A stretch of 64,000 bases of DNA from Squalus acanthias (lineage: Eukaryota), in the NCBI GenBank assembly GCA_030390025.1, contig CM059432.1:128900001-128964000 (forward strand). The letters run 5' to 3'. Numbering within the stretch: the stretch's first letter is position 1; every line of letters starts with the position of its first letter. Shown here one piece after another: positions 1-12,233 of the stretch. The position numbers were made by a program, and so were the translations under genes. The notes beneath the pieces were generated by a model. It made no database searches. It saw nothing but the letters and a program-made list of their open reading frames with translations, and was not told the DNA's origin.

Positions 1-270
1 CTTCATGCACGCCGCAAGCTGCGGCATTCACAAGCCAATTTCTCAAAGGGGGCTGAAACGAAGTGTTAGGCACCCAAATGGCATAGGCAACGGGCTGAAC
101 GTCAATATTGGGCGCGCGCCCTGAACGTGCACCGAGCAGCCCGATCCAATATGGCGGGTGGCGCACTTCCAGTGCGGAATGAGAGGGTGCACTCCACCCG
201 CCATATTGGACCCTTAGGCGCCTGTTTTGCGCCTGTAAAATGGCCACAGCACTATCGAATTTTTATACCT
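1..270. mobile_element. Right end of a GC-rich non-autonomous DNA transposon (Harbinger-MITE-like), truncated by the window start
   Basis: GGCGC-rich body ending in ...ATCGAATTTTTATACC, resembling the AATTTTT(A/C)xCC right termini of other Harbinger-type elements in the window. Confidence 0.35.
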
Positions 271-2290
271 TTAACTTCAGTGAATGTGACCCCAGCGCTC
301 CAAATTTGAGCTCGGATACACCCACAAGTTACAGCAATCTGATTATAGCTATGCACTGCAAGTCTGAGAAAGTTTATGGCAGCATTCAATATGCTACTGA
401 GTAATTATTAGTTACATATGATTTATTTTTGTAACATGCTACAGTGTGTGGTGGTTAAGAACCACTAGTTCAGCCTTAACCTCTGCCAGCCACAGCTTCT
501 CAAACAGTAGCAATTTATTTAACGGCATGTAATAACTGCACCATGAGCAGTTAAGCAAGTCAAGATGGTCTTGGGCTGATGCCATTTCAATTAACTTAAC
601 CCACTATACACATGATTAACTGCAAGCTGTAAAGTTTCACTTCGCTTGTTTATCATGTGTCTCAATCCATTTGGCACAAATATGAATAAATCAAAATTAG
701 ACTGGAGTCTTACACTAAAAATCAGTCGAAGTCTCAAATAACATTGTGAAAAGTAAGGATGATTCTGTTGAGTTGAGGCCAGATTAATTTGACAAATTTG
801 CATTAATTTGGCCAAATATTTGTCTTTCCCAAAACTAATACACAACTATTAAAATTGTACTACGCAACTCAATATGATGGTAGTTCATATCTCGGCACCT
901 TAATGTAGAAAAATTTGGATATGGTGTTTTAGAGGGAGCTTATCCACTGTAAGGAGCTTGGGTAAAACTGCTTCTACTTCGCATTGCAGCCCATTAATTA
1001 TATACATCATGATCACAAGGCCACTTACCCACAAGTCGAATTTGGAATGGACTGAAGATTCCTCATCACAAGGCTGAAAACCACGGTTCCCACCAGGCAT
1101 TCAAGCCTGGATTTTCCTATAAATACCACCTCATTTTCTTAGTAATGCAGAGTTGTGCAGCAGTCAGCAGGCACCAGCTGGACTACCTTGCAGAGTGCGC
1201 CGAGACAGATCCAGGGACCGGAAGCGAACCTTTAACATTCTAATCAAGTGTGCTCTTTGGGGTGATCTTCGACTTCCCCCCGAAACAGGCATGAAGCTGG
1301 CAGGGCTCAGGCCTTGTATAACTGCCGCCAGCAAGCTGAGGGCATGGCACCAAGCTGCAGCTCTCCGGGTGTGGGAGGGCGGGAAACGGGTCGGTTCATA
1401 GCCGAACACAGGTGGGCATGCTGCTCACCCATTTACAGGCCCGCCTGAAGATTGCATCAGGGGGGCCTTGGGCGTCCATGGAGCGGCTGAGGTGCCCCCC
1501 CCACCCCACCTCACCCCGCGCCCCACCCTCACCCCACCCCCGATTATCAACTGCCAGCCACCAGTTTTTCAGCTGAGGTGTTATTTGAAAAATGCACATG
1601 GGTGCTGTAGTATAGTGGAACATTCTCAACAGAACCTTGTGTCTAACACCATTTTGTTCCATATAGGAATTGTCTTTTTGATTGTCCAGGACATATAATT
1701 CTAACTAAGTCAACGGTCTTGATCCATTGATCTTGTTTAGCCATCTTCCACAGTCTAGATTTTCATTTAGGATGGAAGGTCTGTCTCTTCCATTAGATAA
1801 ATACCCAGCAACATGAAGGATGGCCTGCCTTGGAGCGGAGTCCTAACCAGGTCAGAACTTTGTAGAGGCATGAGAGGTGAATACAGCACATATATAAACA
1901 TAAAACAGTTTTGCTATACAGGAGGACCAACTATTCACTGCTTTGCAACAGTAACTGGGAAAAATGCCACACAAGGGATATTTGATTCCATCATCCATAA
2001 AGATTCAATTAAATATTTCCCATTAGCTGTATTGCTGCTTCCACATGGATGATAAATTCACTCCTGCTTTCCCTGGGGAAAATCACATTGACGGTGTTTA
2101 TTAGTATGCTTTTTAGTGAAATATAGCTTAAAGGCCTTGCCTATGAGGCATGACACGATGCAGCCACATTAGCTCTTTCGGATTTTCACTATTCAAATGA
2201 TTACATTGTTTGAAAGGTTCGAATGAGTGAACTACTCGTGCAGTGGATTGCGGTAGACATATGCAGGGGGCAATTTTCCCCAGATACTTT

Positions 2291-3187
2291 GGGGGAAAAA
2301 TTCAGTATCGCCCCGTTTGGGGCGCAATTATCGGCCGGGCGCAAAGATTAGCGCCTGGCGCTAATTATTGCCTCCGACTGCAAACTTGACTTTTATCGCC
2401 CCTGGAGGTGATTGGAGCGCTAAATCAGGCGCTTCACACCTGTCTTAAGGCGCAAAGGCAGAGGAGCGAGGCGCTACCTCCGAGCACTGGCGAAGCTCAT
2501 GTGATGTCAGTCAGCAATGGAACAGAGACACAATGGCACCGGCCAGTTCTTAAAGGGGCGGCTTGATCTTGCTCTCCATCCACATCCTGCTCATTGCAGC
2601 CTTGAATCTCGGCCTGGAGAGACCTGTACATCAAATCTGCTGGAAAGAACAATGGAGAGGCCCAGGGAAAGAGCTCAGAGTGCAGCCCCCACAGTCTCTT
2701 CTAAATAGATGCAAGGAAAGGCAAATCAAAATGAACCTGCAAAGTGCTGCTCAGTACCCAAAACTCCTTCACACAGCGTTGAATCTCTCCAGAAGTCTCT
2801 CTCTCTCTCTCTCTCTCAGAATGCGTGGTGCAAAAATGTCACCAACAAAAAACGGCAGGAAGCTTTCGCCTTTAAATAGCGCTCCCCTAGTCCCTTCCTT
2901 ACTGCAAAACGCTCCCCTCAACCTGTCGTTGCTAGCGGCAGGCGGTAAGGCAGGGGGCGCCACTCAATATCCGGTCCGGGGCGCTACCGGGGCGTTGCGC
3001 ACTCGACTGACGTCACGATCCGCCGGCGCAGGAGATCGTGGCGGTACTTTTTAGCACCGCCGCAAAATGTCTAGTTAATTTTGTGAGCGGCGCAAACATC
3101 GCCGGGCCCAGGCGCTAGTTGCTTTGCGCCCCATTAGCGCCCTCTTAAGGCGCTAACGGCAGGCGCAACCAACTGAATTTTTCCCCC
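2291..3187 (+). mobile_element. Harbinger-type MITE, copy 1 (~900 bp)
   Basis: Perfect TIR GGGGGAAAAATTCAG...CTGAATTTTTCCCCC, 3-bp TSD TTT/TTT; near-identical to 5124-6016 and 63474-64000. Confidence 0.9.
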
Positions 3188-3327
3188 TTTAGGTGCTAAA
3201 GAGCCTCCGAGGTGGCCAAGATGAGGTCTTAAGCTGAAACGCTGGTTTAGCTCGCGTTTAGCGCAAGACGCCATCTTGGTAAAGGAGTTGAAGCTTGTGC
3301 GAGGAACAGCCACTGAGAGGATCGTTA

Positions 3328-4317
3328 ATCATAGAATTATAGAAATTTACAGCATGGAAGGAGGCCATTTCAGCCCATCGTGTCCGCGCCGGCCGACAAA
3401 TAGCTATGCAGCCTAATCCCACTTTCCAGCTCTTGATCCATAGCCTTGTAGGTTACGGCACTTCAACTGTACATTCAGGCAGTGAGTTCCAGACCCCCAC
3501 CACCCTCTGGGTGAAAACATTTCTCCTCAAATCCCCTCTAAACCTCCTACCAATTACTTTAAATCTATGCCTCCTGGTTATTGACCCCTCTGCTAAGGGA
3601 AATAGGTCCTTCCTATCCACTCTATCTAGGCCCCTCATAATTTTATACACCTCAATAAGGTCTCCCCTCAGCCTCCTCTGTTCCAAAAAAAACAAACCCA
3701 GCCTATCCAATCTTTCCTTGTAGCTAAAATTCTCCAGTCCTGGCAACATCCTCGTAAATCTCCTCTGTACCCTCTCTAGTGCAATCACATCTTTCCTGCA
3801 ATGTGGTGACCAGAACTGCACGCAGTACTCTAGCTGTGGCCTAACTAGTGTTTTATACAGTTCAAGCATAACCTCCCTGCTCTTGTATTCTATGCCTCAG
3901 CTAATAAAGGCAAGTATCCTGTACGCCTTCTTAACCACCTTATCTACTTGGCCTGCTACCTTGAGGGATCTGTGGACAGGCACTCCAAGGTTCCTTTCTT
4001 CCTCTACACTTCTCAGTGTCCTACCATTTATTGTGTATTCTCTTGCCTTGTTACCCCTCCCCAAATGCATTACCTCACACTTCTCCAGACTGAATTCCAT
4101 TTGCCACTGTTCGGCCCACCTGACCAGTTTATTGATAGCTTCCTATCCACTCTATCTAGGCCTCTCATAATTTTATTCACCTCAATAAGGTCTCCCCTCA
4201 GCCTCCTCTGTTCCAAAGAAAACAACCCCCGCCTATCCAATCTTTCCTCATAGCTAAAATTCCCCAGCCCAGGCAACATCCTCGTAAATCTCCTCTGCAC
4301 CCTCTCTAGTGCAATCA
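3328..4317 (-). mobile_element. CR1 LINE 3' fragment(s) with locally duplicated segment
   Basis: Minus ORFs 3453-3869, 3897-4100 and 4070-4348 encode the CR1 ORF2 C-terminus (LVRPQLEYCVQFWSP, LERVQRRFTRMLPG, RRLRGDLIEVYKI). ATAGAA-type tail at ~3328-3345. About 3610-3786 is repeated at ~4140-4317. Confidence 0.9.
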
Positions 4318-4833
4318 GCTGATTGACACTTATGTTGCCTGCTAGCACTCCTTAAGGAGGCTGCACGGCATTTTGGTGGCCAGCACTTGACCTAACGTCC
4401 TCTCCGAAAGACAACCGGCCGATTGGGAGTAAACTCGTCGTTGCTGAGGATTTTGAGCGCAATTTAAAGGTATATCCCCTTTTACTGTTCACTTGCTGCT
4501 GGAGGTTTGAAGAGGACTTTTGAAACACATCGGGAGACTTTGTGGGACACTTTGACAAGACTTCATCAACACTCGAGCAACATTTATTCTGGAAATTCTC
4601 TGAGGACTTCACCTATAAAGAGAGAGTGCTGTGCTACTCTACCTTACTAGACACCTTATAGGAGTCACCAGGAGAAATGGGTATCTTGCTAGGTGTCCCC
4701 CTTGGTCTGCAGGAAGAATGAGAGGAGGACATGAGGTCAGGCAGAGCAGCACCAGCTGCTGCAGGAGAGAGGGACAGGAGGGACCAGAGGCACAGGTGGG
4801 CTCCTTCTCCCTGCGGGTACAGGACATCCCTCC

Positions 4834-4968
4834 TGTAATGTATTATCACGTGGTTTGTCACATGGTTTAGTATGAGCATGCTCAGTTCGCTCTGGCCTAG
4901 TAAACAAGCACCTTGACTAGCAGCTCATCGTGTCTCTGTCCTTCATTTGTTCTACCACATATTTTACA
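4834..4968 (+). repeat. Gypsy 5' LTR (135 bp)
   Basis: Direct repeat of 17667-17802 with 3 substitutions and one 1-bp indel by my alignment; TG...CA termini. Confidence 0.95.
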
Positions 4969-5123
4969 TTTTGGCGACGAGAATGGGATCCCAAAGCTAT
5001 TTTTAGGGATCATGGAAGGACACAGTGTTCAACCTTCGAGTGGAAAAGTTTAAGGTGAATTTGTGACACCTAAACTGAATTTCACAAGAAAAGTGATGGA
5101 ATTGTTGTCCCTTTGCAAACATA

Positions 5124-6016
5124 GGGGGAGAAATTCAGTATCGCCCCATTTGGGGCGCAATTATCGGCCGGGCGCAAAGATTAGCGCCTGTCGCTAATTA
5201 TCGCCACCGACTGCAAACTTGACTTTTATCGCCCCTGGAGGTGATTGCAGCGCTAAATCAGGCGCTTCACACCTGTCTTAAGGCGCAAAGGCCGAGGAGC
5301 GAGGCGCTACCTCAGAGAGCTGGCAAAGCTCATGTAATGTCAGTCAGCAATGGAACACACACACAATGGCACCGGCCAGTTCTTAAAGGGGATGGTTAAT
5401 CTTGCTTTCCATCCACATCCTGCTCATTGCAGCCTTGAATCTCGGCCTGGAGAGACCTGCACATCAAATCTGCTGGAAAGAACAATGGAGAGTACCAGGC
5501 AAAGAGCTCAGAGTGCAGCCCCCACAATCTCTTCTAAATCGATACAAGGAATGGCAAATCAAAATGAACCTGCAAAGTGCTGCTCAGAACCCAAAACTCC
5601 TTCACACAACGTTGAATCTCTCCAGAACTCTCTCCCTCTCTCTCTCAGAATGCGTAGTTCAAAAATGGCACCAACAATAAAAGGCAGGAAGCGGTCACCT
5701 TAAAATAGCGCTCCCCCTTTCCCTTCATGACTGCAGAACGCTCCCCTCAACCTGTCGTTGCTAGCGTCAGGCGGTAAGGCAGGGGGCGCCACTCAATATC
5801 CGCTCCGGGGCGATACCGGGGCGTTGCGCACTCAAGTGACGTCATGATCTGCCGGCGCAGGAGATCGTGGCGGTAGTGTTTAGCGCCGCCGCAAAATGTC
5901 TAGTTAATTTCGCGAGCGGCGCAAACTTCGCCGCGCCTGGGCGCTAGATGCTTTGCGCCCCATTAGCGCCCTCTTAAGGCGCTAACGGGAGGCGCAATCA
6001 ACTGAATTTTTCCCCC
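5124..6016 (+). mobile_element. Harbinger-type MITE, copy 2, in the Gypsy 5' leader
   Basis: TIR GGGGGAGAAATTCAG...CTGAATTTTTCCCCC, TSD ATA/ATA. Confidence 0.9.
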
Positions 6017-6549
6017 ATAGTGTTTTACTGTTAATGCTGATGCAGAATTGTCTGTGCTTCACCTTCGCGTGTATGTATACACAGCAACAGCGGCGTTGAT
6101 TCTCACAGGTACACAGGTAGCGTGCTGAGTCACTGTTCGACGGGATCGGGACAATCATGGCCGCATCTACAGGATCCATCGGAAGCCTCGGCATGTATGA
6201 CCAAGCTCGCGAATCATTCAGTTCTTACATTGAGCGGATGGAGATGTTTTTTAAGGCCAATAACATTATTGAGACCGAAAGTGCAGATCAGAATGTTCAA
6301 GCTCAAAATAAAGTAATTCATGAACGTAAAAAAGCAATTTTTCTAACGGAGATCGGGCCAGATGTCTCCAGAACATTGACAAACCTACTCGCGCCAGGGA
6401 AAGTGGAGGATGCGTCGTTTGAAGACATTGTCGAGAAACTCGAGGACCATTTTGACCCAAAGCCATTAGAAATAGCAGAGAGCTATAAGTTTGGTACCAG
6501 AAACCAAAACAAAGTGAAACCATCAGTGAGTACATTGTAGCTCTTAAAA

Positions 6550-6793
6550 TAAAAACAGAAAATGCTGGAGACACTCAGCAGGTCAGGCAGCATCTGTGAG
6601 GAGAGAAACAGAGTTAACGTTTCAGGTCGATGACCTTTCGTCAGAACTGGAAAAAAGCAGGAAATGGAACAGATTTTAAAGCAAGTTTAGGGGCTGGGAA
6701 ATGGGGGAGGGGATGAAAGAACAAAAGGGAAGGTCTGTGATAGGATAAAAGGCAGGAGACTTAAAGAGACATTAAGAGATATTCAAGGCAAAA
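6550..6793 (-). mobile_element. Penelope-like element 3' end (pLTR fragment)
   Basis: 13-bp TSD GTAGCTCTTAAAA (6537-6549 / 6794-6806); closely matches ~38790-39035 of the GIY-YIG element. Confidence 0.85.
6613..6650 (-). ncRNA. Minimal hammerhead ribozyme motif (Penelope-associated)
   Basis: Minus strand CCAGTT-CTGACGA-A-AGGTC-ATC-GACCT-GAAACGTTAAC: CUGANGA core, stem II, GAAA, palindromic AACGTT. Confidence 0.75.
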
Positions 6794-7918
6794 GTAGCTC
6801 TTAAAAACCTGTCTTTGCATTGTAACTTCGGCACATTTTTGAATTGTGCGTTGCGGGATAAGTTTGTGTGTGGACTGGTGGATGAGTGCACACAGTCCAA
6901 GTTACTGAACACTCCAAACCTAACATTTGACATAGCATGTAAAATTGCCCTTTCTACGGAGATGGCATCTAAGAATGCTAGGGAGCTCCGTCCAACTCAA
7001 GTGATTAGTGCAGCTGAGGTCCACAGTCACAAACCACCGCCAAACCTAAAGCTGTGAGACCAAGCCAAAAGCATGTCGGTGAGAGCAGTTCAGTGAATTG
7101 TTCTCGCTGCAATGGAAATCACTCACCACAGTCCTGCCAATATCGAAATGCAAAGTGTTTTCACTGCCAGAAACAAGGGCATATTTCAACAGTTTGCAGA
7201 GCTAGATCGAAAGCAGGAAGTAAGAACCATTCTAGAGTCAATACAAAACAGCAACAACAAAAGTGAGGAATTCACAATATTGAAGTGAACACACCTGATG
7301 TTGAAGAACTAGGCATCTACAGTATCTGTCACTAACGGCAACACTAGCAGTCGTGAGAAAGACTTCTGCACTAAACTTTTGATCAATGGCCAATATATTG
7401 ATATGTGTATCTATCATGAGTAAGGACTAGAGTGCAGTTTGTCACGGAGTGCAGATTTGGAATAGAGTGCTAAGCTGCGAGTTTGGTGAGTGAGGGAGTT
7501 CGGGGAGGGAGGTGTGCCTTCCTTTTTCCATCTTTGTCAGGTTCCTGGTGCAGCGGCGGACCTGTGTGAGGCGAGGTGGCGGGAAAGGGTTTAAAAGGCT
7601 CCAGAGACCAGGTAAGGCGGGACCAGTCTCCGAACTCGGAAGGAGGGAGAGAGGTAAAAATAATCGAGGTGTGACGTCACCAGAAAGCAGGTAAGTAATT
7701 GGTTGGTGAGTATTTCTCTCTTTTTAAACTTAAACTCTGTTGGTTATAGTTAATAAGGCCTTTCTGGTGCAGAGTGACTGTTGGTAAACCATTTAACTGG
7801 TGTAATTTAGAGGGATTGATTTAATTTAAATCCAATTAATTAGAGGGGATACTAGCATCTATAATCAGGCAGAGAGTGTCCATAACTAACAATAACATTT
7901 TTAAATTAATTACATAGA

Positions 7919-8872
7919 ATGGAGCAGGTGATGTGTTACTATTGCGAGATGTGGGAGCCGGTGGACCCCATTAAGGCTCACGGTGATTACATCTGTGACA
8001 AGTGTCTGCTGCTACAGGAACTCCAGCTCTGTATTGATGAGCTGGAGTCTGAGCTTCAGACACTGCGACACATCAGGGTGGGGGAGAAGTACCTGGACTT
8101 TGTGTTTCAGGAGGTGGTCACACCTATGAAGTTAATTAATTCAGATGTAGCCCATGGTCAGGGACAGGACGGTGTGACTACGAGTGAGGCAGGTACAGGG
8201 ATCCAGGAGGTAGTGTTGGAGGAGCCGCAGCCCTTGTTCTTGTCCAACAGGTTCGAGGTTCTTACTCCCTGTGGGGACGGGAGCAGGGACTGCAGGGAGG
8301 ATGAGCAACCTGGCCACAGCACCGTGGAATGGGGGGCCATTCAAGAGGGGAGAGTAAATAGAAATGTTGTAGTGGTAGGGGATAGTATTATTAGGGGGAT
8401 AGATAGAGTTCTCTGCAGCCGAGAGCGAGAGTCCCGTAGGCTGTGTTGCCTGCCCGGTGCCAGGGTTAAGGACATCTCCTCTGGGCTGGAAAGAAACTTG
8501 CAGTGGGAGGGGGTGGATCCAGTTGTCGTGGTCCATGTTGGTACAAACAACGAAGATAGGACAAGGAAGCAGGTTCTGTTAAAGGAGTATGAGCAGCTAG
8601 GGGTCAAATTAAAAAACAGAACCTCAAGGGTATTAATCTCTGGATTATTACCTGAGCCACGAGCGAATTTGGCTAGGACAAATAAAATTAGAGAGTTAAA
8701 TGAGTGGCTCAAAGACTGGTGTGGGAGAAATGGGTTTTGCTTCCTGGGACACTGGCACCAGTACTGGGGCAGGAGGGAGCTGTTCCGTTGGGACGGGCTC
8801 CACTTGGCCAGTGCTGGGACTAGAGTTCTGGCAGATCATATAACTAGGGCTGTAGAGAGGGCTTTAAACTAA
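7919..8872 (+). CDS. CR1 ORF1: N-terminal Zn-finger/leucine zipper plus SGNH (GDSL) esterase domain
   Basis: Open 317-aa frame; CYYC...CDKC followed by heptad leucines; VVVGDSIIR, VHVGTN, DGLHL motifs. Confidence 0.85.
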   Translation: MEQVMCYYCEMWEPVDPIKAHGDYICDKCLLLQELQLCIDELESELQTLRHIRVGEKYLDFVFQEVVTPMKLINSDVAHGQGQDGVTTSEAGTGIQEVVLEEPQPLFLSNRFEVLTPCGDGSRDCREDEQPGHSTVEWGAIQEGRVNRNVVVVGDSIIRGIDRVLCSRERESRRLCCLPGARVKDISSGLERNLQWEGVDPVVVVHVGTNNEDRTRKQVLLKEYEQLGVKLKNRTSRVLISGLLPEPRANLARTNKIRELNEWLKDWCGRNGFCFLGHWHQYWGRRELFRWDGLHLASAGTRVLADHITRAVERALN

Positions 8873-8910
8873 CTAGTGGGGGGGAGGTTCCTAGAGAGCA
8901 AATAATAAAA

Positions 8911-11863
8911 ATGACAACAGAGAAGGTCATAGACTTAGGTAGCAGTGGGGAAATTAAAAACCAGAGTGTGTCAGGAAGGGGCAGAAGGTATGGAGTAAAA
9001 GGTAAAGTAATAAAAAGGGCAAAAGCAGGAACTAAGTGTCACAAAACATATTTGAAAGTTCTCTATCTGAATGCACATAGCATTCGTAACAAAATAGATG
9101 AGTTAATGGCACAAATAACTACATATGGGTATGATCTTGTAGCCATTACAGAAACATGGCTGCAGGGTGACAATGCCTGGGAATTAAACATACCAGGTTA
9201 TTTAACGATCAGGAAGGACAGGCAGGAAGGAAGGGGAGGTGGGGTGGCTATGTTAATAAAGGAAGGAATCACTGTAATACAGAGAAATGATATTGGGTCA
9301 AAAGATCAGGATAATGAAACAGTTTGGGTGGAGATAAGGAATAATAAGGGGAAAAAAACACTAGTGGGTGTAATCTATAGGCCTCCTAACAGTTGCAACT
9401 CTGTTGGGCGGAGTATTAATCAGGAAATAGTTGAGGCTTGTAATAAGGGAACATCTTTAATTATGGGGGATTTTAACGATCATATTAATTGGACAAATCA
9501 AATTGGGCAGGGCTGCCTTGAAGATGAGTTCATTGAGTGTATTAGGGATGGGTTTCTTCAACAGTATGTAACTGAACCGACCAGGGGGCAAGCAACCTTA
9601 GATCTGGCCCTGTGTAACGAGACAGGATTAATTAAAAATGTCCTAGTAAAGGATCCTCTTGGAATGAGTGACCATAACATGGTTGAATTCCATATTCAAT
9701 TAGAGGGTGAGAAGGTTGGATCTCAAACAAGCGTGCTAAGCTTGAATAAAGGAGACTATGAAGGTATGCGAGCGGAATTGAGTGGAGTGGATTGGGAAAA
9801 TAGATTAAAGAGTAAGACGATACATGATCAGTGGTGTACATTTAAGGAGTTATTTTTACAACTTCCAAAAAATATATATTCCACTGAGAAGAAAAGGGTG
9901 TAAAAGAGAAGACAGTCATCCATGGCTAAGTAAAGAAATTAAGGATAATATTCGACTAAAAACAAGGACTTATAAGGTAGCCAAATCTAGTGGGAGGATA
10001 GAGGATTGGGAAAACTTTAAAAGACAGCAAAAAATAACAAAAAGATTGATTAAGAAAGGGAAGATAGATTATGAAAGTAAATTAGCAAAAAATATAAAAA
10101 CAGATAGTAAGAGTTTTTATAGTTATATAAAAAGAAAAAGGGTGGCTAAAGTAAATGTTGGTCCCTTAGAGGATGAGACCGGGAAATTAATAGTGGGAAA
10201 TATGAAGATGGCAAAAACACTGAATGAATAATTTGTATCAGTCTTTACAGTAGAGGACACTAAGAATATCCCAACACTGGACAAACAGGGGGCTAAAGGG
10301 GGGGAGGAGCTAAACACGATCAAAATCACTAAGGAAGTGGTACTCGGTAAAATAATGGGACTCAAGGCGGATAAATCACCTGGACCTGATGGCTTACATC
10401 CTAGGGTCTTGATGGAAGTGACGGTAGGGATTGTGGATGCATTGGTAATAATTTTCCAAAACTCCCTGGACTCAGCAAAGATCCCGGCAGACTGGAAAAC
10501 TGCTAATGTAACACCCTTATTTAAAAAGGGCAGTAGACAGAAGGCTGGAAACTATAGATCGGTTAGCCTAACATCTGTGGTAGGTAAAAGTTTGGAGTCC
10601 ATTATTAAGGAGACAGTAACGGGACATTTGGATAATCATAATTTAATAGGACAAAGTCAGCATGGTTTTATGAAGGAGAAGTCATGTTTGACAAATTTGC
10701 TGGAGTTCTTTGAGGAAGTAACACACAGGGTGGATAAAGGGGAACCAGTGGATGTGGTGTATTTAGACTTCCAAAAGGCATTTGACAAGGTGCCACACAA
10801 AAGATTATTGCTTAAGATAAAAAAATCACAGGATTGGGGGTAATATTCTGGCATGGATAGAGGATTGGCTATCTAACAGAAGGCAGAGAGCTGGGATAAA
10901 TGGTTCATTCTCAGACTGGCAATCAGTAACTAGTGGTGTTCCGCAGGGGTCAGTGTTGGGTCCCCAACTCTTTACAATCTATATTAACGATTTGGAGGAG
11001 GGGACCGAGTGTAACATCTCAAAGTTTGCAGATGATACTAAGAATGGAGGGAAAGTAGTGAGTGAGGAGGACATAAAAAATCTGCAAGGGGACATAGACA
11101 GGCTAAGTAAGTTGGCAGAGATTTGGCAGATGGAATACAATACTGGAAAGTGTGAGGTTATGCACTTTGGCAGGAAAAATAGTGGAGCAAGTTATTATCT
11201 AAATGGCAAGAAACTGGAAAGTACTGAAGTACAAAGGGATCTGGGGTCCTGGTGCACAAAACTCAAAAGGTTAGTATGCAGGTGCAGCAAGTGATTAAGA
11301 AGGCCAATGGAATGTTGGCTTTCATTGCTAGGGGGATAGAATATAAAAATAGGGAGGTATTGCTTCAGTTGTACAAGGTATTGGTGAGACCGCACCTGGA
11401 AGACTGCATGCAGTTTTGGTGTCCATACTTAAGAAAGGACATACTTGCTCTCGAGTCAGTACAAAGAAGGTTCACTCGGTTAATCCCGGGGATGAGGGGA
11501 TGGACATATGAGGAGAGGTTGGGTAGATTGGGACTCTACTCATTGGAGTTCAGAAGAATGAGAGGTGATCTTATTGAAACATATAAGATTGTGAAGGGGT
11601 TGGATCGGGTGGATGCGGGGAGGATGTTCCCGATGATGGGTGAAACTAGAACTAGGGGGCATAGTCTTAGAATAAGGGGCTGCTCTTTCAAAACTGAGAT
11701 GAGAAGGAACTACTTCACTCAGAGGGTGGTAGGTCCATGGAATATGCTGCCCCAAAAAGCTGTAGAAGCTACATCATTACATAAATTTAAAACAGAAATA
11801 GACAGTTTCCTAGAAGTAAAGGGAATTAAGGGTTACGGGGAGCGGGCAGGAATTTGGACATGA
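8911..11863 (+). pseudogene. CR1 ORF2 (APE endonuclease + reverse transcriptase), frameshifted
   Basis: YLNAHSI, ITETWL, MGDFN, SDH (APE); KSPGPDG, NYRSVSLTS, LDFQKAFDKV, GVPQGS, FADD (RT), spread over several frames. Confidence 0.95.
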
Positions 11864-12233
11864 GTCTAGGTTCGGATCGGTCATGGCCCTGTGGGTAGCG
11901 TAGTGGGCCCAGGGGCCGTGTAGCCTGATTCTGCTCCTATTTTCGTGTGTCCAATTCTGTTAGGTTCAGGGGATGGTTCTGTGATAGTAGATTGGCGGTT
12001 AGGATCAGATCAGCCATGATCTTATTGAATGGCGGAGCAGGCTCGAGGGGCCAATTGGCCTACTCCTGCTCCTATTTCTTATGTTCTTAGGTACCTTTGA
12101 GAGTAAGTTTAATCAAATACCACTTACAAAGAGTACCGTAGAGTTTAAAACCTACTCCGGAGAAATCCTAGAGACATGTGGACAAATGTACAGCTCAGAA
12201 CTATGGCCAGTCAGTAAAGCTGTCTATTATTGT

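Larger units (their letters stand above)
6157..7266 (+). pseudogene. gag: Gypsy gag (frameshifted, interrupted by a Penelope fragment)
   Basis: SFSSYIERMEMFFKAN, AIFLTEIG, CNFGTFLNCALRDKFVCGL, and zinc knuckle CFHCQKQGHISTVC (CX2CX4HX4C). Confidence 0.9.
7425..12089 (+). mobile_element. Near-full-length CR1 LINE inserted in the Gypsy protease region
   Basis: 5'UTR, ORF1, ORF2 (APE+RT), 3'UTR ending TTCTTATGTTCTTA; Gypsy pol resumes at GTFESKF...FKTYSGE; 5' boundary approximate. Confidence 0.9.

Noticed and set aside
1020..1120. Possible minus-strand host exon (donor GTAAGT at ~1023-1028)
   Set aside because: Translation is not recognisable and no consistent neighbouring exons were found.
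2517..3054. ORFs in the MITE (also 5350-5703)
   Set aside because: No recognisable domain, frames differ between copies, and they cross a (CT)n tract.
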